Shown here in pieces: positions 8,787 through 18,445 of a DNA stretch of 36,575 nucleotides. Numbering within the stretch: the stretch's first letter is position 1; each line of letters begins with the position of its first letter. The notes beneath the pieces are model-generated. The model saw nothing but the letters and a program-made list of their open reading frames with translations, made no database searches and had not been told where the DNA came from. Position numbers and translations under genes: made by a program. This DNA is from a virus (Duplodnaviria > Caudoviricetes): the IMG/VR virus record IMGVR_UViG_3300025889_000381, positions 1-36,575 of that record. One strand, written 5' to 3'.

Positions 8787-11700
8787 TAGTTTTTGCCCCC
8801 AATTCTATCATTAGCTTCGTCAACGAGTTTTGTATCTATATATCCTTCGTCGGGTAAGTGATGCATAAGATCTAAGAATGTATCAATTGCAAAGTTCTGT
8901 TCTTCCGCACGTTTAATGGTCTGTGCATTAGTTGAACTACCTATTGTTTTATAGTTCTGATCTCGCTCAATAAGGAGTCGTTTTCGGAGAACAAGCAGTT
9001 CAGCAATAGCTGCTTCGGGGTTTTTAAGGAATTGCTCTGTGCTTGGGATTGATTTTCCTAGACGAACTTGTTCCCCCTCACTGATACGAGGCGTTGCAGC
9101 CAGAGCAATACGAACAGAAACGTTTAGTGCGTCAACCCATGCCCGTGCCTGAACAGTGTCTTCAAACATGTTTCGCCAACCCCATGAACCGGGGGTTAAA
9201 CTTGTTAGGGCATTGGCAAATTCCCTAAGCTTGGCATAAGGACCTATACCCTCGCGGGCCATAGCCGCCATATCAATGCTTCTTGCGATAAGATTTGGAC
9301 CCCCCAAATCTCCAAACATTTCTTTAACGCCTTCTTTTCCTAAATTTTCTTCCAACTTTTTGTACGCTTCGCTACCGTGCATTTTGATATATGCTTCGGC
9401 ATTTATTGCCGCTAATCTCATTCGCATTTCTGCCGCTCGTCTAGCGTTTTTGACACTTTCGTAAGTATTGTTTTCGCCTAAAATTATAGCGTTCTGATAC
9501 TCTGGCAACGTAAAGTCTATGGGTTTGCCGTTTACATCGTAAAAGTTACCGCCCATGAAGTTAACTATTTGAGGTGTTCCGTCTGCAGTTTTAAGCAATG
9601 TTTTTGCGGAGCCTGTGAGTTGTGACCGCACCGCCGTCGGATCCTTTAAACTCAAAACTTGTTGATTTGTGAGTTCCACAAAAGTATTTGCAGGAATTTC
9701 TTGACCGTCTACGACAATTGACTTTGTAGTAACAAAGCCATTTGTTTTTTCTGCGGTATCCTTACTATATAGGCCAGATTCAACATACCCCTCGTCAAGC
9801 AAACCACTTATTACAATTCTTGCACCGTTCTCATTGGTGTTAATTGAAACCGTTTCTCCGGTATCTGGATTGGTCAAATTAACCATAGTAATTTCTGGGA
9901 TCATTCCAGCCCGCAACATTTGCTCATCTTTGTCCAGCGCCAAAAATTCATCCATCGTCATGTTGTACTTCAGCAAGAAGTCTTTGTCCGTAAGAACGGG
10001 AACACCCATCATTGCTCTGTACAAGTTCTCATCTTCTTTGCGGAGTTCTTTTAGCTCTTCAAGCATAAAGCCCGTTTTTTGATAAACGTCCTTTTCAGTT
10101 ATAACCGCTGTGTTGATATTTGCAGGAGCCTTTTTCTGCAAAGCTATAAGCTCATTTTTGTTAACAAGCTGCGGACCTTTGGCGTAGAACAATCCATCAT
10201 CCAGCGTAATGTCGTCTGTAAGGTCAATCAACTGCATTTGACCTTCACGCTCACGCATCAAAGCTGTTATACTTTTTTGCTCCTCCATGTAGGCATCAAC
10301 CAAAGTTCTGTCTGTAGACCATCCTGAATAACTTGCAAAATCGTCTTCCGAAGGACCTTTTTCTATAAGTTCTCTGAACTTTTTATTACCTTCTGGAGAG
10401 GATACAAAAACCTCTTTTCTTTCGTAGTAAGGTTCGCCCTCAATTGGAGTGACTTTCCTGAAGACAACTTGTGTTTTAGGATCTTCAAATTGTTGATCGA
10501 ATGCCGCGCTGTTATCGGTCCACAAACCGTCTTCCCCGACGTTTGCAGTAAGCCATTGTTTACCCAGCGCAGAATTAGTATCCACCATTTGAGAGTCGGA
10601 GCCGTCTTTTTTGTAGAAAGTTTGGTAATTGGAATTTTGTGGTCTAGGAGCAAACTGCACTCCTTTTTCTAAGAAATCGGCAAATTGCACATCGTTAGCT
10701 GCAATCACGCTTCCCGCTTTCAAATCATACGTTTCACCATTTATTCTTACTTTTTTGTCTGCCTGAACTTCATAAAACTCGACAGGTAAACCTTTTTGTT
10801 CAATTTCTACTGTCAGTCTTTTTGCTGTTTCCGCTGCAGTAATAAACGGTTTTATTGTCTCCTTAGTGTAATAACTCTTTGAATCTTTTTGATATTGCGC
10901 AAAGTCTTGTGGATTATTTTTGTTGTAGACCTTGTAAACTGCAGGAAGTCCGGCTGCGTCTACCGTGTAAAGAACAAGTTCGTCCGGATTTGTCGGCTTC
11001 ATTGTTTTAAGAGCTTCTTCTAAACCCTCCGCTGCTCGCGTTTGCGCAGACGCTTCTGGTACTGCCAAGCCAAAAGCCGTGGCCCGTGCTTGTTGATCTA
11101 GGTTCTTCAGTTCTTTTTCTGCAGCCCGTACTTGAGCCGCCCGTTGAGCAAATCTATCCGTTAATTGAGTACGATTTAACGCGTTTGCCAACCTTTCCGC
11201 AACAGACCCGCCTTCTGTTTCTCCTGCAAAGGCAAGCCCCGCGCCAGCAAGATCAAACATTAATTGACTGCGAGCCATTTGACGATCTTTTTCAAATTCC
11301 GCTCGGCGCTCTTCGTCAGTGCCATATATTCCTTGCGCCAAAGGCAAAAGCCCTTCGTAGATGCCGGGAACCCGACTCACCATTGTCGTCGGAACGCTAG
11401 AGTTTCCCGTTGGCGGCGTTCCATCTTGAAACTTACGGACCATTACGGGCCCACCCCGTCTAAAATTTTCGGGTGGAGTGCTGCCCGCCCCCTGCATCAT
11501 AAGAGCACCTAGACCTTGGTCCATGCCTTGGTCCATTTGCGTATCTCCCGCAACAGCCTGCATAAGTTCCCCTATGCCACTGTCCATCGCGCCTTGTTGC
11601 GTCATCATAATAGCGGGTTGCGTCAGAGCCAAAACGGATTCAGGGGTCTGCATTGCGTCGCGCTCACCAACAAGACCTGCAAGCTCTTGGTAGCGGGCGT

Positions 11701-11962
11701 CTAGCGGCATGTCATTGCCGCGGAGCGCGTTAATTGCACCTTCTACGTCTGTGGCAGCATCAATGCTCTCTTGTGTGCGAGCCGCAATCTCCTGCCCTAG
11801 CATCTCTCCTTCTTGCTGCGCACTTTGAGACATGTCCTGCGGCATGGGTTCTGCGGGACCACCCATCTGACGAAACAAGGGCCGTTGCATGACGCCGCCG
11901 CCAGCTTTGCCAAGAATTTGTCTTTGCACGTGTTGTGGCAGCGCTCTAAAACCTTCGTTCAT
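8786..11962 (-). CDS. Putative internal/ejection protein
   Basis: 1058 aa. The Met/Gln/Gly-rich N-terminus has several GG motifs, followed by a hydrophobic patch (LMFDLAGAGLAFAG) and a coiled coil. Coupled to the downstream gene by TAATG. Confidence 0.65.
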   Translation of the reverse strand: MNEGFRALPQHVQRQILGKAGGGVMQRPLFRQMGGPAEPMPQDMSQSAQQEGEMLGQEIAARTQESIDAATDVEGAINALRGNDMPLDARYQELAGLVGERDAMQTPESVLALTQPAIMMTQQGAMDSGIGELMQAVAGDTQMDQGMDQGLGALMMQGAGSTPPENFRRGGPVMVRKFQDGTPPTGNSSVPTTMVSRVPGIYEGLLPLAQGIYGTDEERRAEFEKDRQMARSQLMFDLAGAGLAFAGETEGGSVAERLANALNRTQLTDRFAQRAAQVRAAEKELKNLDQQARATAFGLAVPEASAQTRAAEGLEEALKTMKPTNPDELVLYTVDAAGLPAVYKVYNKNNPQDFAQYQKDSKSYYTKETIKPFITAAETAKRLTVEIEQKGLPVEFYEVQADKKVRINGETYDLKAGSVIAANDVQFADFLEKGVQFAPRPQNSNYQTFYKKDGSDSQMVDTNSALGKQWLTANVGEDGLWTDNSAAFDQQFEDPKTQVVFRKVTPIEGEPYYERKEVFVSSPEGNKKFRELIEKGPSEDDFASYSGWSTDRTLVDAYMEEQKSITALMREREGQMQLIDLTDDITLDDGLFYAKGPQLVNKNELIALQKKAPANINTAVITEKDVYQKTGFMLEELKELRKEDENLYRAMMGVPVLTDKDFLLKYNMTMDEFLALDKDEQMLRAGMIPEITMVNLTNPDTGETVSINTNENGARIVISGLLDEGYVESGLYSKDTAEKTNGFVTTKSIVVDGQEIPANTFVELTNQQVLSLKDPTAVRSQLTGSAKTLLKTADGTPQIVNFMGGNFYDVNGKPIDFTLPEYQNAIILGENNTYESVKNARRAAEMRMRLAAINAEAYIKMHGSEAYKKLEENLGKEGVKEMFGDLGGPNLIARSIDMAAMAREGIGPYAKLREFANALTSLTPGSWGWRNMFEDTVQARAWVDALNVSVRIALAATPRISEGEQVRLGKSIPSTEQFLKNPEAAIAELLVLRKRLLIERDQNYKTIGSSTNAQTIKRAEEQNFAIDTFLDLMHHLPDEGYIDTKLVDEANDRIGGKN

Positions 11963-14038
11963 TTAAAAAATCCCCGCTTGTTGTGCACCGCTCATTGCAC
12001 CGTAGGCCCCAATCCCCAAGCCAACGGCTGTTTGGAAGGGATTAGCTTGTGGCATTGAAGAAACTTGCATCGTAGAAGAACCCGTTGGAACTTGGCTGTA
12101 AATGTCAGACAAGAACCCGTACTGTTGGAAAGGTTGTGAGTAATTTTGCAAGTTTGTCATACGGTTTGCGTCAAGTTCACTCTGCGTAATGCCACGCTGC
12201 AATCCGCCTGTGGTCATCAAACGGTCAATGTCAGAGGCACTTAATCCGCTTAGAAGCTGACCAAGATTAGCATAGTTCATTCCCATGCCCGCCATCTGCC
12301 CGCCCAAACCGGCAATTCCTTGATCCGCCGACATGCCTGTGCGTATAGCATCCATACCTAACCCGGTTCCTGCTATGGCTCCGCGGGCCGCGGCATCTTC
12401 CGCGCCCATACCGTAGCGTCCATAAATGTCCGCTCCAGAGATACCGGCACTTTCTGCGCCCATGCCCAGACGTGCGCCTGTTTCCGCGGCACCCATTCCA
12501 AGCTGTGCGCCCTGTCCTGCAGCGTCCATACGAGCTTGCATACCTCGGCCCGCAGCATCCATGCCTAGCTGCGCTCCCGTGGTTGCGCCTGCCCGCGCCG
12601 CATCTGCGGCGCTCATGCCAAACTGAGTCCCCGCGATATCGCCTCGTTGACCAAGGCCCGCGGCATCCATACCTAGTTGCGACCCCTGTCCTACAGCGCT
12701 CAGACCCAACTGTGCGCCCTGCAACGATCCAGTTTGAGCAAGGGATTCGGCCCCCAAGCCCAATTGTCCGCCACGGCCTGCCGCGTCTATTTGAGTAGCG
12801 GCACCCGCCTGACCCAACTGACCCGTCCCCATAGCAGCGGACTGCCCTCTACCCATCCGATCTTCAAAAGCTTTTTGGGCACGTTGCGCTGCGCTTTCAT
12901 ATCCCGCCTGACGGAGCCCCGCCGCTGTTTTAGCCTGCTGCTCTATAACGTTGCGCCCAATCTCGGCTGCTTGTACACCCTGACGAGATCCACCAAATGC
13001 ACCCGCACCTACCGCAGTTGCATCCATCTGATTTCTTTGTATTGCACCAGCCCGTGCTACGTCCTGCATTGCCGCATCAATAACAGCCTGCTCATACGGA
13101 TTCATGTAATCCTGTATCGCAGACGGATCAAACCCGCCTATGGTGCCCGCCAGTTGTCCGATACCACTTTCTGCCGCGCCCCTTCCAAACTGACCCGCAT
13201 CCGCCAAAGATCTTTGCGCGGCAAGCGTGGAAGCCCTTGCGCGGTCCGCGGCAGTTTGAGCGCCTTCCTGTCCGGTGCGAGCTTCACCCAATAAACCCGA
13301 AGCTCCTGTACTGGCAATGTTTCTTGCAAAATCGGTAGTTGCCCCTAATGCGCTTTGACCCGCCAACGCTTCTGCAGCGCTCTTATCGGTAGCTGCGCGA
13401 ATACCAGCTTGACCTTGCGCCGCCTGTCTAGCCAATTCCTCGCTTCCAGTAGTTGCCGCGCCGGTCAAACCTCTTTGCCCCTGCAAAGCTTGATTTACTA
13501 ACGCCTCTCCCGCGCCGCCCGCAATGGCGCGTTGCGCATTAACCGCGTCCGTAATGTCCGCCTGTGTTCCTGCAGCAACGTCACGACCACCCCGAATTGC
13601 TTCTGCAAGGCCCGCCTGCCCCGCAAGCGCTTCTTGTCTGGCAGCGTCTCCTACGCCACGAAAACCACCGGCAGCTTCATTTAACAACGCGCTGGCATCC
13701 GCCAACCCTAAACCAGCCTGATCTAAATATGGTTGATATGCACCAACGCCGCTTTGCGCTAAATCAATCGCTCGCTGTTCACCTCCAGAAATGCCCGCGA
13801 CGGTATATTCGGGTGGGCCAAAAAGTTGATCCTGAGAAATGTTGCTAACATCCGCGACACCCCTGCCCAAACGCGCTGCAATTGCAGCGTCGTCAAGCCC
13901 TTGTGCACGTAAGTTTTGTACATTGCGACCAAAGATCTGATCTCTAACAAGTTGTTGAGAATCTTCTAAAAGACCAACGCGAAAGGCTTCTATTTCAGGG
14001 TCTTGGCGGTTAATGTTTACGTTTGTTTGTGTAGCCAT
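11963..14038 (-). CDS. Putative DNA-ejection/pilot protein (Gly/Ala/Gln-rich, 11/7-residue repeats)
   Basis: 691 aa with YMNPYEQAVID and GAGAFGGSRQGV motifs, GAQLGMDAAG repeats and a hydrophobic C-terminus. No Trp or Cys seen. Confidence 0.72.
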   Translation of the reverse strand: MATQTNVNINRQDPEIEAFRVGLLEDSQQLVRDQIFGRNVQNLRAQGLDDAAIAARLGRGVADVSNISQDQLFGPPEYTVAGISGGEQRAIDLAQSGVGAYQPYLDQAGLGLADASALLNEAAGGFRGVGDAARQEALAGQAGLAEAIRGGRDVAAGTQADITDAVNAQRAIAGGAGEALVNQALQGQRGLTGAATTGSEELARQAAQGQAGIRAATDKSAAEALAGQSALGATTDFARNIASTGASGLLGEARTGQEGAQTAADRARASTLAAQRSLADAGQFGRGAAESGIGQLAGTIGGFDPSAIQDYMNPYEQAVIDAAMQDVARAGAIQRNQMDATAVGAGAFGGSRQGVQAAEIGRNVIEQQAKTAAGLRQAGYESAAQRAQKAFEDRMGRGQSAAMGTGQLGQAGAATQIDAAGRGGQLGLGAESLAQTGSLQGAQLGLSAVGQGSQLGMDAAGLGQRGDIAGTQFGMSAADAARAGATTGAQLGMDAAGRGMQARMDAAGQGAQLGMGAAETGARLGMGAESAGISGADIYGRYGMGAEDAAARGAIAGTGLGMDAIRTGMSADQGIAGLGGQMAGMGMNYANLGQLLSGLSASDIDRLMTTGGLQRGITQSELDANRMTNLQNYSQPFQQYGFLSDIYSQVPTGSSTMQVSSMPQANPFQTAVGLGIGAYGAMSGAQQAGIF

Positions 14039-15648
14039 TATGCAACCACCCCGCCTTCAAAAGCTCTCATTATGTCGTACATTTTCTCAACACCCTTCTG
14101 ACGGCTACCGTCGCCTGCGCCTCGAACCGCACGTGCCGTCATTACAAATTCTCCGTCAGACAACATTGCTGGAATGTCGTCCGAAGTTTCTGTGCCGGGG
14201 CCCGCGATATACCCCTCGCGACGCGGGAACTCCATTTCACCACCTTTTGCTGCGTAGACCGGACCTCCGTAAACGTCTTCTCTTCTTCGTCTTCTTGTAG
14301 GTGCAATAACAGGACCGGTCCGATAACGTTCAGGGTACATTTCTAACAATTCGCGTGTTGTGTATGGATACGGATCTTCCGGTGGATCCTCTTCTATCGG
14401 GTCAAACCCACCCGCAAGGGCCATAAGTCCAAGACCTGCGGGGATGGCGGTAGCATAGTTAATTCCGCCAGAACTTTTTACCAGATCCATTGCTGCGGCT
14501 TTTCCTGTAGCGTCTGGTATTGCAGCATATGAATCAAAACCTAATTGTTTTGCAGCGGAATCTGCCGTTAATTGAGGTTTTGTTAAAAAGTTTTTAGCGC
14601 TGCCTACAGGATCTTGTAAGAATGACGGGTCTTGAGATTGAGCTTGATTCACGGAGTCCTCTGCATTTTGTAGACTACCAAAAGTATCAGCTTTTGCCGC
14701 CAATGATCCAGTCCCCCGCATCTGAAAAGGGCTGTACCTATCGTCTAGCGGTTTAAAACCTGCTCCAAAATCGCCACCCGAGAAAAGCGTGGCGGTTCCC
14801 GCAGACGACAGACCGCCCGTCAAACCAGCCTTAAAGGCGTCCTGCATGTCACCACCCTGTAGCAGTGAGCCGACGCCCCCAGCTATTGCGCCAGAAACAA
14901 AAGGACTCATGCCGGGGAACATAAAGCTTACCGCGGCAGGCAACAAGAACGGTGCCGCCTTTTTGAAGATGTCCTTAATTCCACCAATAAAATCAAAGGC
15001 TTCCTCGTAACCCGTCACAGGGTTTACGTTCATTTGACCGCTGCCGACCGTGTACTCTTCCATGTCACGACCTGTTTCTTCAAACAAGTCCCGCACAGTC
15101 CGACGCACACTCGGATCGTCCATCATGCCCTTCGGCATCATTACTTCTGACTTGGTAGCGTGAATTATCTCAGTGTCGCCGTTGCGACCAAACTCATCAA
15201 GGTTCGATGCAAGAAAAGAACCAAGGCCTCTCATAACAGGTCCGCCGTCCGCGTAGCCTTGAAACCCCTTTTGAAATATTTTAGGGGTTTCTTGCTCAAA
15301 GGAAGAGCCACCTCGCGGTACTACAACTTGTGCAGACCCGAAGGAGAAGGGATTAAATGATGGCAGTGATTTGGGTGGATTTGCTCCACCTAAAGGGGCC
15401 ATAACAACCTGCGAAAGATGAGGCGTTCCCGAATAAGAACCCCCGCCCAAGTCAAATCTTTCTTGCGCCATTTGTTTAACTTCTTCGACAAAAGGCTCAA
15501 CCTTTTCTTGAACCACATTTTCAGTCAAATACTGCCCCAGCATGTTTTTTAGCGGATCAAACGCTCTGTCCAAATTACCGCCAAGTCCGCCAATGCCTCG
15601 TTGCATCTGAGCCATTTGTGCCGGAAATGCCTGTTGCTGTTGCATCAT
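14038..15648 (-). CDS. Putative internal virion protein with tape-measure-like C-terminal motif
   Basis: 536 aa with GRNGDTEIIH, NPVTGYEE, Gly-rich hydrophobic segments and C-terminal AKGG..GPGTETSDDIPAMLSDGEFVMTARAV. GAGG RBS upstream. Confidence 0.7.
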   Translation of the reverse strand: MMQQQQAFPAQMAQMQRGIGGLGGNLDRAFDPLKNMLGQYLTENVVQEKVEPFVEEVKQMAQERFDLGGGSYSGTPHLSQVVMAPLGGANPPKSLPSFNPFSFGSAQVVVPRGGSSFEQETPKIFQKGFQGYADGGPVMRGLGSFLASNLDEFGRNGDTEIIHATKSEVMMPKGMMDDPSVRRTVRDLFEETGRDMEEYTVGSGQMNVNPVTGYEEAFDFIGGIKDIFKKAAPFLLPAAVSFMFPGMSPFVSGAIAGGVGSLLQGGDMQDAFKAGLTGGLSSAGTATLFSGGDFGAGFKPLDDRYSPFQMRGTGSLAAKADTFGSLQNAEDSVNQAQSQDPSFLQDPVGSAKNFLTKPQLTADSAAKQLGFDSYAAIPDATGKAAAMDLVKSSGGINYATAIPAGLGLMALAGGFDPIEEDPPEDPYPYTTRELLEMYPERYRTGPVIAPTRRRRREDVYGGPVYAAKGGEMEFPRREGYIAGPGTETSDDIPAMLSDGEFVMTARAVRGAGDGSRQKGVEKMYDIMRAFEGGVVA

Positions 15649-15698
15649 ATAAACCTCGTGACCGCTGCCATTAAGTTACCAAATGTTTGTATAAAATA

Positions 15699-15929
15699 CT
15701 AGAGTGTCGATCCAGAAATAGCTTCTGGGGCCGTAACCCGAATATTTGTACTTCTTTTTTCAGTTCCTGTCCAACTTTCTCCACAATCTGGGCAATTTCC
15801 AGTAGGGTAAGATGCAATCTCTTCTAGCGTGTCCACAGCATTGCCACAATTAACGCAATGTACTGTGTCTGTGCTACTAGAAGGTTTCCAAGTAGAGCCA
15901 TCTGGCATTGTAAGAATTGTATCACTCAT
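15699..15929 (-). CDS. Small zinc-ribbon protein
   Basis: 76 aa with CVNC...CPDC pairs. ATGA-coupled to the upstream gene. Confidence 0.7.
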   Translation of the reverse strand: MSDTILTMPDGSTWKPSSSTDTVHCVNCGNAVDTLEEIASYPTGNCPDCGESWTGTEKRSTNIRVTAPEAISGSTL

Positions 15930-16222
15930 GATGTTGTCACCGTTACTGTACCAACGCCGCCAGTTCCTGCGGAACCACGAACGTGTGGCGTGTTTGCTTC
16001 TGTTACCTTTAAGTAGCCGCCGTGATTAAACACAGCGCCAACTTCCAACCCGCTATCATCTGTCTGCAATTCAGTAAAAACAGTAAATGTGTTTCTGCCT
16101 TCACCCGGATTTTGCATGTTTAATAAATAGGTGGAATATGCACGTATAACTTCTGCAAAATATTGTTGTTCATATTCCGTAGGTGGAACTGGGAAAAACG
16201 GAAGATTTAGGTTCCTAGACAT
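15926..16222 (-). CDS. Small putative tail protein
   Basis: 98 aa, coupled to the nozzle-like gene (TAATG). LPFFPVPPTEYEQQY N-terminus followed by a beta-rich tail. Confidence 0.6.
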   Translation of the reverse strand: MSRNLNLPFFPVPPTEYEQQYFAEVIRAYSTYLLNMQNPGEGRNTFTVFTELQTDDSGLEVGAVFNHGGYLKVTEANTPHVRGSAGTGGVGTVTVTTS

Positions 16223-18336
16223 TATCTTCTTCCATCAGGTCTGATTTCTACGCGAGGAGACCCTAGTCTCCATGTTACGCCTTCGTCCGTGCTTTCAACC
16301 CTAAAGGCAAAAGACCGACCTCTGAGCCTAACAAATGCCTGATCCGTAAATTGCTCAATGGGAACTGATGCCGTTTTAGATACCGTACTTTGGTCGGATG
16401 ATAAATAGTCCCCACCCGGAAAATTTCTTACCTTTAATGTCATAATGGCACTCGGATCTAAACTGGTAGAGTTTCTAAATGTTAAATCGGGTATCATTCG
16501 ACGCATAAATACAAATTGCTCGCCCTCTCCAAGATTCATTTGGCTGGATTCAATATAAGCACTTATAGCACTTACAGGATTTGTACTTCCATCATCAAAT
16601 CCTACTTCATGATAATACAAATAATGATCAGGAGATGCAGCAATAGGATTATCGTTTACTCCACGATCCATCCAACATGTACGTTCCATAGTCCCGTAAT
16701 ACCAAATCTGTTGCTGGTAATTATAGGTCACATAACGATCATTCTCACTGCTTGAAGCAGATGGGTAGAACCATGTAACTTCTGAAAACGACGTATTTGT
16801 TGAAGCGGTTACTTTTTCCAATTGATCTGTGTTTATGTCCGTAAAAACATAATCACGCACAGAACATGGAATACGCTGTACCGCACCACCATAAACGTAA
16901 AAATCTTCTGCACCCATCCAGAACACATTGTCCTCTACGGCAATCGCAGAAAGAGGGCTGGCAATAGTTATATTGGTAGATATTTCGTTGATACCAAAGG
17001 TAAATGGTGGCCCAAGATACTGCATTGCGTGAAGCGATACATCAGTAAACACAAGAATTTGCTGACGTGTTTCTACCGCTGCAATAATTTCGGACCCTGA
17101 ACCAATTCTCAAATCACCCGCCGTATTGGTTACGAGAGCCTGCCAGTCAGTAACGTTTTCTTGGTCAGAGAATCGTATGAGCAACGGATCCTGAACTCCC
17201 GGATCAGTTTCTGGATCACAACCAAACGCAATAACGTGACGATCACGATCAGATACAAGCACTTGTTTTGCTACAGTTGGAGTTTTATTTGCGCCAGCCA
17301 GCCCAGATAGCTTCTGTGCTCTCGTGGAAAACCCGGTTGTTTTGTCCCAATAATAAATATCACCATCACGAACGTTAATAATTAGGTCTTCACCAAAGTT
17401 ATTATGCGACCAAATACGCAATGTTTGACCAGATGCCGTTGAAGCGGAACCAGACCCCCATGTGCCACGACTCCATGTCCCCGCGCCCCAACCAGTCCCA
17501 ACGATGGTTGTGTCCAATCCTGTGTTAATCTGATAAGTCCCAACAGTAGAAGATCCACCATTGCCTGAATCAGATGTTGTAGCGAATACATATGTAGGAT
17601 TTAAACCAGAAGTCGTAGTAATGTCTGCTATAGTAGAAACAGTACGCGCTTCAACTTGGTAGCTGCTAGAATCTATGATTACTGTAATTTGATATTCTTG
17701 GTCTAACACCGCAGCAGTAACGTTACCACCTAATGCAGTAGAACCGCTAAACGTAACAAAATCATCTTCTAACGCACCATGATCTGCGTCTGTCACAATC
17801 AAAGTAGCACATAAAACTGCATCACCAGAAGTATGAGATGCAGCTACTGTGCTATTTACACCTCTTACACAGCCTGTTAAATCATTTCCTGATTTTAAAG
17901 CATAAGTAATAATCTCACTGTTTATCTTAATTCTGCCCGAATCAGGAAACCCAGTTCCAGATGTTAAGCTAATTGTTGTATCTGCCGCAGTGATGTTTGC
18001 GCTCAATGTATTTGCGCTTGCAGAAAAAGTTACATCTCCTGCGGCTGTTGTAGCGCGGATAGGTGTGATGTCATTATACGCCCCACCTTCTTCAATATAA
18101 TATTTTAGATGAGTACCAACGCCCATATATCTTGATCCATCCAAAGCAACCCAAGGATGCAATGCGCGACAAGTCCCTAAAAATGTGGCGGATGATAACT
18201 TTAACCAACCTCCAATTTTTTCTGGAAAACCAGAGCGAAAGCGAACCTTATCAATATCAAACCAACCACCTTCATTTGCATATGAAGTAGTTTCCCTATT
18301 AACGCCGGGACGAAACTGTAGCTTGGTAAATGGCAT
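16222..18336 (-). CDS. Tail nozzle/hub-like protein (P22 gp10 or tail tubular B analogue)
   Basis: 704 aa from MPFTKLQFRPG. AGGAG RBS supports a start at 18336 rather than 18366. Beta-propeller-like content (IRFSDQE, FWMG..FYVYGG.VQRIPC.V) with an inserted Thr/Ser-rich beta region. Confidence 0.7.
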   Translation of the reverse strand: MPFTKLQFRPGVNRETTSYANEGGWFDIDKVRFRSGFPEKIGGWLKLSSATFLGTCRALHPWVALDGSRYMGVGTHLKYYIEEGGAYNDITPIRATTAAGDVTFSASANTLSANITAADTTISLTSGTGFPDSGRIKINSEIITYALKSGNDLTGCVRGVNSTVAASHTSGDAVLCATLIVTDADHGALEDDFVTFSGSTALGGNVTAAVLDQEYQITVIIDSSSYQVEARTVSTIADITTTSGLNPTYVFATTSDSGNGGSSTVGTYQINTGLDTTIVGTGWGAGTWSRGTWGSGSASTASGQTLRIWSHNNFGEDLIINVRDGDIYYWDKTTGFSTRAQKLSGLAGANKTPTVAKQVLVSDRDRHVIAFGCDPETDPGVQDPLLIRFSDQENVTDWQALVTNTAGDLRIGSGSEIIAAVETRQQILVFTDVSLHAMQYLGPPFTFGINEISTNITIASPLSAIAVEDNVFWMGAEDFYVYGGAVQRIPCSVRDYVFTDINTDQLEKVTASTNTSFSEVTWFYPSASSSENDRYVTYNYQQQIWYYGTMERTCWMDRGVNDNPIAASPDHYLYYHEVGFDDGSTNPVSAISAYIESSQMNLGEGEQFVFMRRMIPDLTFRNSTSLDPSAIMTLKVRNFPGGDYLSSDQSTVSKTASVPIEQFTDQAFVRLRGRSFAFRVESTDEGVTWRLGSPRVEIRPDGRR

Positions 18337-18357
18337 CAGCAAACTCCTACTAAGGCG

Positions 18358-18385
18358 ATTATACACAAAAACTCAATTTACGCCA
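18358..18385 (-). promoter_or_regulatory. Putative sigma70-type promoter for the nozzle/ejection genes
   Basis: Perfect TATAAT at 18363-18358 in an intergenic gap, 21 nt above the ATG. The -35 match is weak (TGGCGT). Confidence 0.5.
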
Positions 18386-18401
18386 CTATCGTAACGCTAA
18401 C

Positions 18402-18445
18402 AATTGTTCGAGTTATTCTTTTTTTAAAAAATAACCCGAACAATT
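18402..18445 (-). terminator. 16-bp hairpin directly after the endolysin stop (terminator or stability element)
   Basis: AATTGTTCGGGTTATT...AATAACTCGAACAATT. The single mismatch is a G.U pair only on the minus strand. No clear U-tract follows. Confidence 0.55.
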
